This document shows positions 38,497 to 50,799 of a stretch of DNA of 64,000 nucleotides, piece after piece; position 1 is the stretch's first letter, and each line of letters opens with the position of its first letter. The DNA is from Cenococcum geophilum (taxonomy: Eukaryota): the NCBI GenBank assembly GCA_050273025.1, contig CP158635.1, forward strand, positions 24,428,001 through 24,492,000. Reading direction: 5' to 3'. Made by a program: the position numbers and the translations under genes. The notes beneath the pieces are model-generated. The model saw only the letters and a list, made by a program, of their open reading frames with translations, was not told the DNA's origin and made no database searches.

Positions 38497-39642
38497 GGTT
38501 CTAGTGGACGCGCGCGAGTACAAACTACCGTCGTTTAACGTATGCCTCCCCTGCGATGCATACATCTTAGGGGGATTCTCTAGGTGTTTTTCAGGGTTCT
38601 TTTAGTTGGTTTTAGTCTTTTTGGGCTAGGTGCAGCAAGAGCTCCTTAAAATTTTAATTTCGGTCAGATTTAGTATATTAAGGGAACTAAAAACGTAAGA
38701 GCAGACGCGCTAAGTAGGAAAGCTAAACTATAAAATAATAAGAAGCCATTAAGGGCAATATTACGCAAAGATAAGAATGGATTGATTAGGTATAATCACC
38801 CTAAAATTATAATAATTTAAGAATATAAGGTACCGGAAAGTAATTAGATAAGGAGGATCTAAAAAGCGTAATCTAAGGATCTAAAGACGGACTAGTATAA
38901 ATAGAGAACAAACACGTATATCTTAAGGGGAATAGTAAAAGAGTTTATTAAAGATTTCTATAGAGAAATAATATAAGGACATAACGGAGCTATGGGCTTA
39001 GTATTAAGACTCTAAGAGGAGTATATTATTTATAGAATTTAGGGCTTAGCAAGAAAAGTTATAAAGAAGTATTTAGATTACTAATAAAATAAGCCAATAA
39101 AGCATAAGCTATACGGAAAGCTACAGCCTATTAAAGCACTTAAATGTCTATAGGAGATAATATTATAGGACTTTATTATAAAGTTGCTAAAGTTAAAAAA
39201 TCCTATTACTAGATAAGAGTACAACGCAATCTTGGTGATGGTAGATAAGTTAACTAAGTAGGGCTACTTTATAGCGTGTATAAAAGAAATCTTAGCAGAG
39301 AATATAGCTAAAATCTATATTAAGGAAGTATTTATAAGATATGGAGTACTAAACAAAATTATATTAAACAGAGATCTAAGATTTAGAGCAGTATTTTAAA
39401 AAGTATTTTTAGCGGAATAAGGAGTATAAGCAGCAACTTCTACTATATATTACCCGCAGATAGATTAATAGATAAAACGATTAAACTAGATACTAGAGCA
39501 GTATTTAAAGTATTATATTAATTACGTATAGAATAATTAGGTATTATTATTACCAATTATATAGTTTATATATAATGCGACACCGTAGGAAGGAATAGAG
39601 ATATTACTATTTTAAGCAAATTACGGGTATAAACCTAGAATA

Positions 39643-42600
39643 TATTACGGCACTGACAGAGCTTAATAGAACTTAGTAGATGTTACGGGACTAGTAAATT
39701 GCTACAGATTGCCGCAGATTGCGGTTACGTGACGCGTAGATCGTATATAACTTCAAGCGGCGCTACTTGTCCTCCCCTTTCCTTTTCCTTAGCTTTAGGT
39801 CCTTGTTTATAGACTACTATTTATATAGGCTTGCGCGTCCCTCTCGCTATACTCGTGCCTTGAATTAATTAAGTCGCTAATATTACCTAAAGCTTAACCA
39901 CCCTCTTCTTCCTAAGAAGGAACTTAAATATATCTATAAGACTATAAACTAGAATAGAATACAGAACTAGACCTAAAGACTATTATTAAAACTTAAAGAA
40001 TAGAATAGAACTAGAAAGAACAGAAAAGAATAGAAGAGGACCTATAGAATATATATAGACTAAAACCCCTGCAGAAACCTACCGGAAATTATATAACATA
40101 CCTACTACTATACTAAGAAGTGCAGTAGCTAGTAAAGCAGCTATAGGACCCTTAAATATCTCTAATGGTGAAATAGCAACTAACTTAAACTCCTAGGTAG
40201 AGCTTGTAGCAGCTAATGCTAAAATTACACGACTTTAAGAGCTGCTTAAAGCTAGAGAACCCCCTATACCTAGTAATAAGTCATTAGATACCTAGAGACT
40301 TATTATAGTCTTTAAGGCCCTAGCCTAATATATAGTATTAGTATTATTATAGTCCGCGAAGGTTGCGGACCCTTTATTGCTTACGGACGGAACTAACCCT
40401 ATATTTAATAATTGGAAGCTTTAATTATAGAATAAGCTTAAAGTTAATACGGACTACTTCCTTACTACTTAAGCTAAAATGGCTTATATCTTTAGCCGTA
40501 CCGGTGGGGACGTATAGATATACCTATATCTGTAATACGTATAGGACTTAGCAGATCCCTTCCTTTCTAAAAAAGAGATAATTGTCTACCTATCTTCTAT
40601 TTATAAGGACCCCTTTAAAGTATAAAACGCTTAGCTTAATTATAAAAGCCTAAATATAAAAACGATAGAGACCTTCTTAGCCTTTTAGACCCGCTTTTTA
40701 CACCTAGCCGATTAGGCCTAAATTCCTTAGGAAGACCTAATATCAGACCTATTTAATAAGCTTACCCTAGACCTGTAGTAAGCTATACTACTAGTTTATA
40801 CTACTATATAGACGCTAAAGGAACTTATAAACTAGTGCTTAGCTATTAACTAAGGCCTCTGTTAAATTAAGGTATATACTAAATAGTATAAAGCTAGAAA
40901 CTATTTAAATTAGACTATAAGCAATATAAGAACAGCCTATAGTGCCCTAGCATAATTAGTAACTCCTATAGCACTAGCAGTACAGCCCGCTGTTAATTTA
41001 GCGGCTAGCTATATAGCCAGTCCTACTATAGGCCCGGCTAATGCTTAGCCTATATATAGCAGCCCCCATATATAGGCCCTTAGTAATTAAGGCGCTTACT
41101 TTAATTGTGGCTAGAAGGGCTATATTATAAGGGACTACCTAACTAATATAAAGAGAGATAAGGTTTTATTAATCTAAAAGAATAGCATAAAGTTAGTGTT
41201 GGAATATATGGACAGGAATATATGGACAGAGGTTACGTGGTCACGTCTCTGATTAGTTATCCTTACGGTGACTTATCAGCCCCCTACTTATGCACTGCGA
41301 TCCTTACGATCCTCTGCTTTCGACACCTATTAGACAAAAATCAATTTAACAGTTAATAGGCCAATCAAGTGCACTTGGGTGATACCGACAGTTAGAAAAA
41401 GAGGAACCCTAAAGGAAGACTCCTCTTTAGGGTTAAAAGGGATTGACATATTATATATTAATCTAGGTTAACTAATTAGTAAAAAAAGCTGCACTATCCC
41501 TTATACTATATTCCGTAATAGATATTAAGTTTTAACCTCCACTTTAGCTAACTCTAGAGCAAATACCTTTACCTTAATAGATCCCTAGTATGCTATAAAG
41601 TTAGCTAACTTCTTAAATATACCTATTAAAGAACTGCCCAAACTAATTTCTATTTATAGGTATAATAGGCAGATAGGACCACCTATTATAACTATCTTGC
41701 GGATTTACCTCTGTGTTAATGGATAAAGGTAGTATAATATCCTTTTTCTTATTATATATCTAGGAAGCCATGATATAATCTTAGGGAGAAAATAGCTAGC
41801 CTATTTAGGCTTATAGCTCGATATATAGAGTAGACGGCTTATCTAGCCCAAAACTCTACCCCTAACCCCTTCTATTATAAAAGAAATTAGCATTATAATA
41901 GAAAATCTTATATAACCCTAGATTAATACTATTTACTAGGCTAATACTATATATAGGGACTAGGCCTTTAAGAAGGATATACAGCTTAACTAGCAATAGA
42001 TCTATATACTACGCCGCCCCTAAACTACTTATATTACGCTACCCGCACTAAAGACCTAGGAAGTTAATAGTAATCTAGCTAAGTCCCTTACGGAGAACTT
42101 AGGCCTTACGTAGCTATAAAGGAAAGCTAGAAATATTAGACGCTATATTAAACTAATAAATAGAAAGGATAACTTACGGAAAATAGAATATAAGCTAAGG
42201 AAGACTATAAATCCTATACTATAAAATACGGCCTAATAGACGCTAAAGAGACCTACGGACCTCCCACTAGTTAATGTCTACTATATTAACGCTATAGGAT
42301 TCTACTAGAACCTAGTTCAGCCTAATACCGTTACCTTTGTAACTAGTTTATATTAAATTAATTAAATAATTAAGGAAAAGGGAAGCAAGCTTAGTGGATA
42401 GGAAAGCGAGCTTATAGATAAGGAACTAGTAGAATAAAAACTACCTAATTAATACTGGAAATTTAAGGACGTCTTCTCCAAGGTAGTATCCGATATACTT
42501 CCGCCTTACTAACTATATAACTATAAGATTAAGATTAAGCAAGTCAAGGAAAATACCCTTAACTTTAGCCCTCTCTACCTATAGTTTTTTGCCGAATTAT

Positions 42601-45600
42601 AGGCTATAAAGTAGTACATTATTAACAACCTAAATAAGAGCTTTATTGAGCCTAGCTAAGCCCCTTTTAGCTTATCTATTTTCTTTATTAAAAAGCTAAA
42701 TAGAGGACTGCGCTTCTATATTAACTACCATAAGCTAAATAATATAAACTTAAGGACCGCTATTTGCTACCCTTACTTAATAAGACTCTTACTTAAATAA
42801 GTAGAGCTAAGGTTTTTATAAAGCTTAATATCCGCTAAGCCTTTTATAGAATTAGAATAAACCCTGGGTCTAAGGATCTTATTATATTTTAGACCTATTA
42901 CGGAACATATAAGTATAAGGTACTTTCTTTTAGACTAACTAATGGACTAGCTACGTACCAGCGGTATATAAATGATGTACTCTTTAACTACCTTAATAAC
43001 TTCTATATAGCCTACCTAGATAATATTATAATTTACTCTAAAAACAAGTTAGAATATAAGAAGTATGTCTATAAAGTCCTATAACAGCTCCGCGAGGCTA
43101 GTCTCTAGGCTAATATTAAGAAGTTAGAATTTAGTATTAAGCGTATAAAGTACTTAGGGTTTATTATTAGTATAAACGGAATTAAAGCCGGCCTAGAGAA
43201 AACAGCCGTAATTAACTAGTGAACACCCCTACGGACCATAAAGGGGGTATAATTATTTTTAAGTTTCTGTAACTTCTACTAACGCTTTATTAAGAACTAT
43301 GGTAGGATTACCTAGCTTCTTAACTGTCTTACTAAAAAAGACTAGCCCTTTTGCTAGGACGCTATATATATGCAGGTCTTTAATAAGCTTAAAAAACGGC
43401 TAGTATTGGCTCCCTTACTTACCTACTTTAACCTAGAACGGCCTTTAATATTAGAAACTAATGCCTTAAACAGCGTAATAGCTAGTGTTTTTCCCCCAGA
43501 AGTAACTGGACGGAGAATAGCACCCTATTATATACTATTTAAAGACTATAATAGATGCTAAGCTAAACTACCATATTTATAATAAAGAAATGCTAGCTAT
43601 TATCTCTAGCTTTTAGCACTGGCGTATATAGCTAGAGGGGACCCCTAAGCCTATTAAGGTAGTTTTGGATTATAAGGCCCTAGAATACTTTATAATAACT
43701 AAGGCCCTTACGGCCTAGTAGGCACGCTAGGCGGATACCCTATCTTAGTTTAACTTCTTAATTATATATAGACTAGGCGCTATAAACTGTATAGATACTC
43801 TTACTAGGCGTAAATAGGACCTAAATAACCAGACGGCTATAAAGATCTTACTATAAACCTAGGTACTACTATAACTAGAGCACCTTAACCCCTAAATATA
43901 GGCAGAACTAAGTATAGACTCCTTAGGCGCTAAGATATATCCTATTAACCCTTTAGGACTTAACTTTATTAACGAATTACTATAGATAAACTATACAGCC
44001 CCTTCTCTATAGGAGTACCGTAAAAAGGCAAAGGACGTTACCAGCCTATAGTCCCTTAAAAATGGATTACTTAAGCATTAGGAATGGCTAGTAGTAGTAA
44101 AAAAAATAGAACTTACGGACTTAGCTTATTGCTAAAGCATATACCTAGGTCTCTACGGCCTACCCTAAAAAAATAAGACCTATAGGATTATTAGCGACCG
44201 CTACTACTGGCCCGAAATAGTTATAGATATTAACCGCTATATACGGAACTGTAACAACTGCTATAGGTCTATAATCCTACGAGATAAGACCTTAGAACTA
44301 TTAAAACCACTCCTAATACTAGAACGCCCTTAGTAGTATATTTCTATAGACTTCTATAAGCTACCTATAGACTATAACGAATACGATATAGTTATATTAG
44401 CTTTCTAGAATAAGTTTACCTAAATCTTAGGCATTAAGTTAAAGCTTTCTACTTTATACCACCCCTGGATAGATAGTTAGACAGAGATTATAAATTAATA
44501 CTTAGACTAAAGACTTCGGCCCTTTATTAACTACTTCTAAGATAACTAGGCTAAACTACTACCCTAAATAAACTACGCCCAAGCAACCCTACCCTACAAC
44601 TCTATAGGATTTGCCCCTATTTAGCTAGAAATGGGCTACTTACCCTATATAAGCTTTAACTGGGAAAGACTAGAAGGACCCTAGACTATACGCGAGAAAC
44701 CATCTTATAAGGAAGCCCAGCAGTATACTAAACGCTTAAAAAAAAGCCTAGACGGTAGCCTATACAAATCTAAAAAAGGCCTAAAAATTAATATAATAGT
44801 AGGCGAATAAGTATAGGCGAGAGCCTAACTTTACCATAGAAGATATGGTCTAGGCTATAATAAGAAACTAAAAGATAAAACAACTTAGCTATAAGCTAGA
44901 CTATTAGATAGTAGGACTATATAAGGTCCCTAAAAAGATAGGCAACTTATATAAGGTAAAGCTCCCAGATTTAATTAAGGTTTACCCTATTTTCTCTCTA
45001 GATAAGTTATAGAAAGCCGTAAATAACCTATTACCTAGACAAAAAAATAAAACCCCCCTACCGATTTAAGTTAATAGCGATAATAAATAGAAAATTAAAG
45101 AAATACTAACCTATAAGCTTATAAGGAGAACGTTAAAATATTATATTAATTAGAAAGGATATAACCTAAACTCTACCTAGTACCCTATATAGACTTTATA
45201 GATAGTCCCTATAAGCTTTAAGAGTTTTATAGCTGTTACCCTAATAAACCTAGACCCCTAAAGTACCTTAACAAGTAGATAAAGTACTAGAATAGCAAAG
45301 ACAATAAGCTGCCTATTGAGTATAAAGATAAGAATACCCTATAGATATAATACGGATATATAAAGCCTAAGGGCAGGCTTTTTTAGAGGGGGGGTAATAT
45401 TACGGCACTGGCAGAACTTAGCAGAACTTGGTAGTATTATAGTACTAGTAAATTGCTACAGATTGCCGTAGATTGCGGTTACGTAACGCGCAGATCGTAT
45501 ATAACTTTAAGCGGCGCTGCTTATCTTCCCCTTTCCTTTTCCCTAGCTTTAGATCCTCGTTTATAGACTACTATTCGTATAGGCTTACGCGTCCCTCTTG

Positions 45601-45636
45601 CCGTGCTCGTGCCTTAAATTAACTAAGTCGCTAATA
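39643..45636 (+). mobile_element. Ty3/gypsy chromovirus H, inserted in the integrase of A
   Basis: LTRs of about 240 bp at 39643-39882 and 45398-45636, TSD GAATA and PPT GAGGGGGGGTAA. Gag knuckle ~41100, protease LADSGA-like ~41545, RT YLD(D)I ~43013, integrase ~44160-44650 and chromodomain ~45085-45240. Confidence 0.92.
41197..41390 (+). mobile_element. Solo LTR (194 bp) related to the LTRs of element D
   Basis: TGTTGG...CCGACA with TSD GTTAG. It shares the block CTCTGATTAGT...GATCCTTACGATCCT with the D LTRs. Confidence 0.88.
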
Positions 45637-46276
45637 GAATATCGTTATTACTAAGATAAGCGAAGAAAATAAGTGAAATAGCAAAATAGAGAATATAGAC
45701 TCTAATAAATCTTAATAAGGACCTCTATTTTACAGTTAAATTAATATAAGAAAAGATAAAAAGGTACTACGACGCTAGGAGATCTAAGGGACTAGATCTT
45801 AAGGAGGGAGATAAAGTATAGCTATTATATAAAATTTTTATAAGCTAACAACTAAGTAGAAAGTTAGACTATATTAGACTAGGACTATTTAAAATTATAG
45901 CTAAGATTTTAGAAGTTATATATAGACTTAACTTACTAGTAAGAATAAAAATTTACATTAGCATTTTGTTGGGGTGCCAAGATCCTGGAGGCCTCCTGCC
46001 AGGATTTTGATTTTCCTGATCGTCCTAGTCGTCCTGACAGGCTCCTGCCAGGAGCCACCATGATCTTGATCGTCCTGATTGTCCTGACAGGCTCCTACCA
46101 GGATCTTTGATTTTCCTAATCGTCCTGTCAGGCTCCTAATAGGAAACTAGTATTTCCTAATCGTCCTGACAGGCTCCTGATAGGAAACTAGTATTTCCTG
46201 ATCGTCCTGTTAGGTTCCTGGCAGGATACCCCCCCAAAGCAACACCCTATGCACACCCCTCAAGCCACACTACTAA

Positions 46277-46441
46277 GGCTCTGCACGAGGCTCTGCACGA
46301 AGCTCTACACGAAGCTCTGCACGAAGCTCTGCACGAAGCTCTGCACGAAGCTCTGCACGAAGCTCTGCACAAAGCTCTGCACGAAGCTCTACACGAAGCT
46401 CTGCACGAAGCTCTACACGAAGCTCTGCACGAAGCTCCGCA
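46277..46441 (+). repeat. 12-bp tandem repeat (GCACGAAGCTCT), about 14 copies
   Basis: Directly visible. Confidence 0.95.
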
Positions 46442-46585
46442 TAACACGCATTACTATTGGGTCCCCGCTATATTCCCGATAGCCTACACGTGCCTCTGCT
46501 AAGTTACCCCTTAGTAGCCACCTTATTTTTTACCCTTCCTTATATCCTCCCTACCTTAGGAGGCACTAGAACGGCAGCTAGCAGA

Positions 46586-46770
46586 GGACTGTCGCTAGGA
46601 CTAGACGACCGTCGCTAGAACTAGACGACTGTCGCCAGAACCAGACGACCGTCGCCAGAACTAGACGACCGTCGCCAGAACTAGACGACCGTCGCCAGAA
46701 CTAGACGACCGTTGCTAGAATAAGATAACCGTTCTAGAGCTAGACGACCGTTGCCAGAACCAGATAACGA
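46586..46770 (+). repeat. 20-bp tandem repeat (GACCGTCGCCAGAACTAGAC), about 9 copies
   Basis: Directly visible. Confidence 0.92.
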
Positions 46771-47326
46771 CCGTTTAAATAACTAACTAGCAAACACCAC
46801 AAACGATTTAATCGATTAATCGATCGAATTAAACTAGAGCTTTAATATTGGCCAGTCACCAAATCGAATTAAGGCCTCCTAGGGAGGCACCCTAGATAAC
46901 TACCGTTTAAATATATAGCCAGCGAACGGCTATAGAGAACGATTTAAATCAATTAGAGCCTTCGATTAGGCCGACTCCCCCCCTAAATTAAACCAAACAC
47001 TAACGCAGGCAGGTAGGTAGGTAGGTAGGTAGGCAGGTAGGAGAGGACTATCGCTAGAGCTAGACGATAATCGTTTAAATAACCAGCCAGCGAACACTAT
47101 AATCAATTTAATCGATTGATCGAATCGAACTAGAGCCTTAATATTATCCCATTACCGAATTAAATCGAATTAAGGCCTCTTAGGGAGGCACCCCAGATAA
47201 CTACTATTTAAACTTATAGCTAGCGAACGCCTATAGAGAACGATTTAAATTAATATAATTAATTGTAAATAAATTAAGCAGAGCCTTTAATCGGGCCGAC
47301 CTCTTCCCTAAATTATAGATATAGAT

Positions 47327-47781
47327 AAGTAGGCATAATAGGTAGGCATAAACAGGTAGGCATAGATAGGTAGGTATAAATAGGTAGGACGGTCAAATAG
47401 GTAGAATAGGTAGGATAGGTAGAATAGGTAGAATAGGTAGAATAGGTAGAATAAATAGGATAGGTAGGATAGGTAGGACAGGTAGAATAGGTAGGATAGG
47501 TAGAATAGGCAGGATAAGTAGGATAGGTAGGATAGGCAGGATAGGTAGAATAGGTAGGATAAGTAGGACAGATAGGATAGGCAGGATAGGTAGAATAGGT
47601 AGGATAGATAGAATAGGTAGAATAGGTAGGATAGGCAGAATAGGTAGGATAGGCAGGATAGGTAGGATAAGTAGGATAGGTAGGATAGGTAAGATAGGCA
47701 GGATAGGCAGAATAGGTAGAATAGGTAGGATAGGTAGGATAGGCAGGACAGGCATAGGTAGGATAAGTAGGTAGGCAGGTA
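47327..47781 (+). repeat. Purine-rich 9-bp satellite (ATAGGYAGR)n
   Basis: Directly visible; it produces the spurious (LPI)n ORF. Confidence 0.95.
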
Positions 47782-49282
47782 CTAGGCCTAGTTAGGAAAT
47801 TAGTATATAGCTAGCGGATTATTGGGAACACCGCCAATTGACGGTTTAGAGCCTCTGCGAGAGCCTTACCCCTTATCTCCTTAATTAATCGCTTAACGCC
47901 TAAGTAGATATAGACACAGACACACAGATATAGGTGGTAGGTAGGAAGGATCGATTTAGATTATTTAAATTGCTTAAAGCATTGTGTATATAGAATAGGG
48001 CCTAAAATTAACCTAATTTTTATATTTTAACTGTTATAAATACTGGAGTATTAATATACCTCATTTTAAAATCTAGAATTTTAATTATTTTAATTGTCCT
48101 AATTGTCCTAATGGTCCTGATGGTCCTAGAGGTCCTAAATATCCATTTAGTCCGTTTGGTCCGTTTGGTCCGGGCGGCCTCCTAATAGGCTCCTAATAGG
48201 AAACTAAGTGTAAGGGTCTTCTGGAGATCCTAGCAGCCCTAATAGAAGCTATTAAAAACCTATTAGTACTATTAGGAGGCATGAACATTTTCCTAATATA
48301 CCCTATATAGTATATCGCAATACTAAAGCTAGTATAAAGAGACGCAGAGCTACTAGTCTATAAGGTAGATATATATAGAGGATAAAAGGAAAATAAATAG
48401 CAAGTTTTAAAGGTCGTTAATTATAAAAATATTAACGACGAAATATAATATAAGGTAAAGTAGATAGGCTATAATAAGACTACCTAAGAATTACTATAAA
48501 ACCTAAAAAAACTCTATAGAAAAGGTATAGGAGTATTAGAAGAGAATAGGTTAGGTAATATTAAGAAGGAATTAAAAATAAAGAAATTAGTTAAAGGTAA
48601 TAAACGAGCCGGATTATCTAAGGGATCCACTATTAGCGTATAAGTTGTTTCCGCCTCTTCTTAATTAAAATCCTTTTAAGCCTCCTTAGCCTTAAGCTTA
48701 AAGAAACCTTACTTAATAAAACGTAACCCTTTAGAGCGTACCTTTTTATAAACTTTTACTAGATAAGATAACTAAGTATAAGCATCTAGTTAAGCTTTTA
48801 GGGCCTAAAACGCTGTATTAGAATAACGTTAAACCTTAATAAGAGCCTCGGCTAGCTTACTCTTTAGTCTTTTAACCACTACTAATACATAAAACCCTAA
48901 AATAAATTAGATAAGGAACTAGATAATTATATAAAATCGCAAAACGCGTATATTTAGCATTAGAAATAGATTAAACATTACAGAACAACCATATATTTGC
49001 TCGCGTATACTCCGTATAAAAAGAAGGTTGGCGACTAAATAGAGCCGCGATTATAATATATACTAGCTTCTTCTCTATATACTAAAAATAGGACGGCATA
49101 ACTTTACTAAGTAAAAGAATAAATATTACTAGCTAATTATGACGGTTAGATATAAAGAATCTAATAGGAGGTATTAAGAATAATAAAAGTTATTAAATTA
49201 AAGACGGGAATGCTATACTTCTAATAGACAACTTAGAGATAGGAGATATCTTTAAAAATAAAGATAAAAAGGAGGGGGATAG

Positions 49283-49703
49283 TATTACGGACCTTATATC
49301 GGCAGTAGTATAACTACTAAAAAGAGATATAAATAGGTTAGTTAAAATAGTATAAGAGGCACTAGAACTAATTAAGCTGTAGAATAAGGGGTAGCTAAGT
49401 TATATAGCTAATTATATTATAAGTTTAGAATATAGAAATGTAGGAATATAGGAACGTAGCGTACTAACGTACTAATATACTAACGTACTTAGTATATTTC
49501 TTAGGCGTAGTATTATATATTTAAAGGACTACAGTCCCTACCTAGATAGTTCTCTTCTTTATAGTAAATCTTAGAATATAATTAGAGTTAATCTATTAGG
49601 TAACTACTTTACTAGTTATATTATTATTATTAAATATTTCTTAACCTATATACCTAGCCTATTAATAATTCTACCATAGTATTTTCTACAAGGCCTCGTT
49701 ACA
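49283..49703 (+). repeat. 3' LTR of gypsy A
   Basis: Matches 2184-2604; preceded by the PPT and followed by TSD AATAA. Confidence 0.92.
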
Positions 49704-49940
49704 AATAACTTTATTTAAATAGCCTCTTTAAGGTCTTCTATCTTTTCTATACGTTTATATTAGCTTCTAATTTAGTCTCCTAAGTTACTTAGCCGCCTTA
49801 TGAGATTTAGATAGCCTTTAGGCGTAACGTTAACCGCCTACCACACTATAAAAATAGCCTCTTTAAGATCTTCTATCTTTCCTATATGTTTATATCGGCT
49901 CTTAAGTTTAATTCCTAAGTTATTTAGCCTCACTATAAGA
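49704..49940 (-). pseudogene. TPR-repeat part of the split TPR-CHAT gene
   Basis: Two repeats of about 140 bp translating L.NLG.KL.(S/A).YK.IGK.EDL.EAI, typical of the TPRs of fungal CHAT proteins. It is contiguous with 2183 once A is removed. Confidence 0.75.
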
Positions 49941-50399
49941 TTATTATCTATAGCTATTAGATATAGAATATAAAAATATATTAGACAAGCCTAATAAGCA
50001 ATTTAGTACCACTCTTAAATCTTACTTTTATAAGTTTAGCTTAAAGAGTATAGCGCAGCGCGGCTAACTCTAAGTAGCTTAATAAAGCCTCTTTACTACA
50101 TTATAGGTTAAAAACGCGCTGTCTCCCCAACTTAGAAGATTTATAAATATATTAATTTATAAACAATCTCCTTTTAGACAACTCTTACTTTAGCAATAGT
50201 ATATTTATTATACAATGCCTTAAAGCGTCCTACTTTTGCAGTTTTTCCTCCCACTATCAGCTGTCAGCCTTAGACGTTTTATTATTAGCTTTAATAACCC
50301 TTATTAAGACTTCCAAAGTTCCCTTTATAATACCAGCCCTAATATTACTAAGAAAATCCAAACTTAGTATAATAGTATTTATTATTACGTTAACTAATG

Positions 50400-50790
50400 G
50401 GAAGTAGCATTATGGCTTACGATCTCTTAGGCGTTTAGCATATTACCTAAGCCTAGTTAATAAGTAGACTATATTAATCTAAAAGAGATGCATGCTATTA
50501 CTTACGTATTTAATCTATAGTCTACTAACTGGTAGTATAGCGCGCTATCTATTTACACTAATAGTATAGTAGTTTACTAGGGTATTAAGAAGACTATTGT
50601 CCGTAGTATAGCAAATAAATCGCTCCGTAAGATTATGCTAGCTACTATAGCTTATAATATTATAATATCCGCGAAGTGGATCCTAGGTAATTTAAATAGT
50701 TTAGCTAATATACTATCTTAATTTTAGGCCGCGGCTATCTATTAGTTCTGCCTATACTAGGCCCTTAATTTATTACTACTAAAGCTAATA
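50400..50790 (+). pseudogene. DIRS/Ngaro-type RNase H fragment
   Basis: INLKEMHAI..., IYT(D)S.VV, KWI.G..N.LA(D).LS.F motifs. Confidence 0.72.
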
Positions 50791-50799
50791 AGTTTTTAA

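Larger units (their letters stand above)
31991..38666 (-). mobile_element. Tad1-like non-LTR retrotransposon (LINE), apparently full length
   Basis: 14-bp TSD GATTTAGTATATTA (31977-31990, 38667-38680), a short (ATT)n 3' tail, and two ORFs on the minus strand. Confidence 0.9.
45956..48298. mobile_element. Non-autonomous DNA transposon-like element with TA TSD, filled with tandem repeats
   Basis: TA|CATTAG...CTAATA|TA. Removing it restores the A integrase frame KIYP. There is a subterminal imperfect inverted repeat (45967-45995 vs ~48215-48244), and TCCTGA/TCCTAA motif arrays occur near both ends. Confidence 0.75.
2184..49703 (+). mobile_element. Ty3/gypsy (chromovirus-type) LTR retrotransposon A, the outermost nested element
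   Basis: 421-bp LTRs at 2184-2604 and 49283-49703, TSD AATAA on both sides, and a polypurine tract AAAAAGGAGGGGGATAG before the 3' LTR. Coding pieces lie at about 2644-3122, 21586-25202, 31334-31990, 38667-39642, 45637-45955 and 48299-48580. Domain order is gag-PR-RT-RH-INT-chromodomain. Confidence 0.93.

Noticed and set aside
46247..46482. Overlapping CRAS/CTKL repeat ORFs
   Set aside because: They are artefacts of the 12-bp tandem repeat.
47393..47755. 120-aa (LPI)n ORF
   Set aside because: It is a translation of a 9-bp satellite with no evidence of being a gene.
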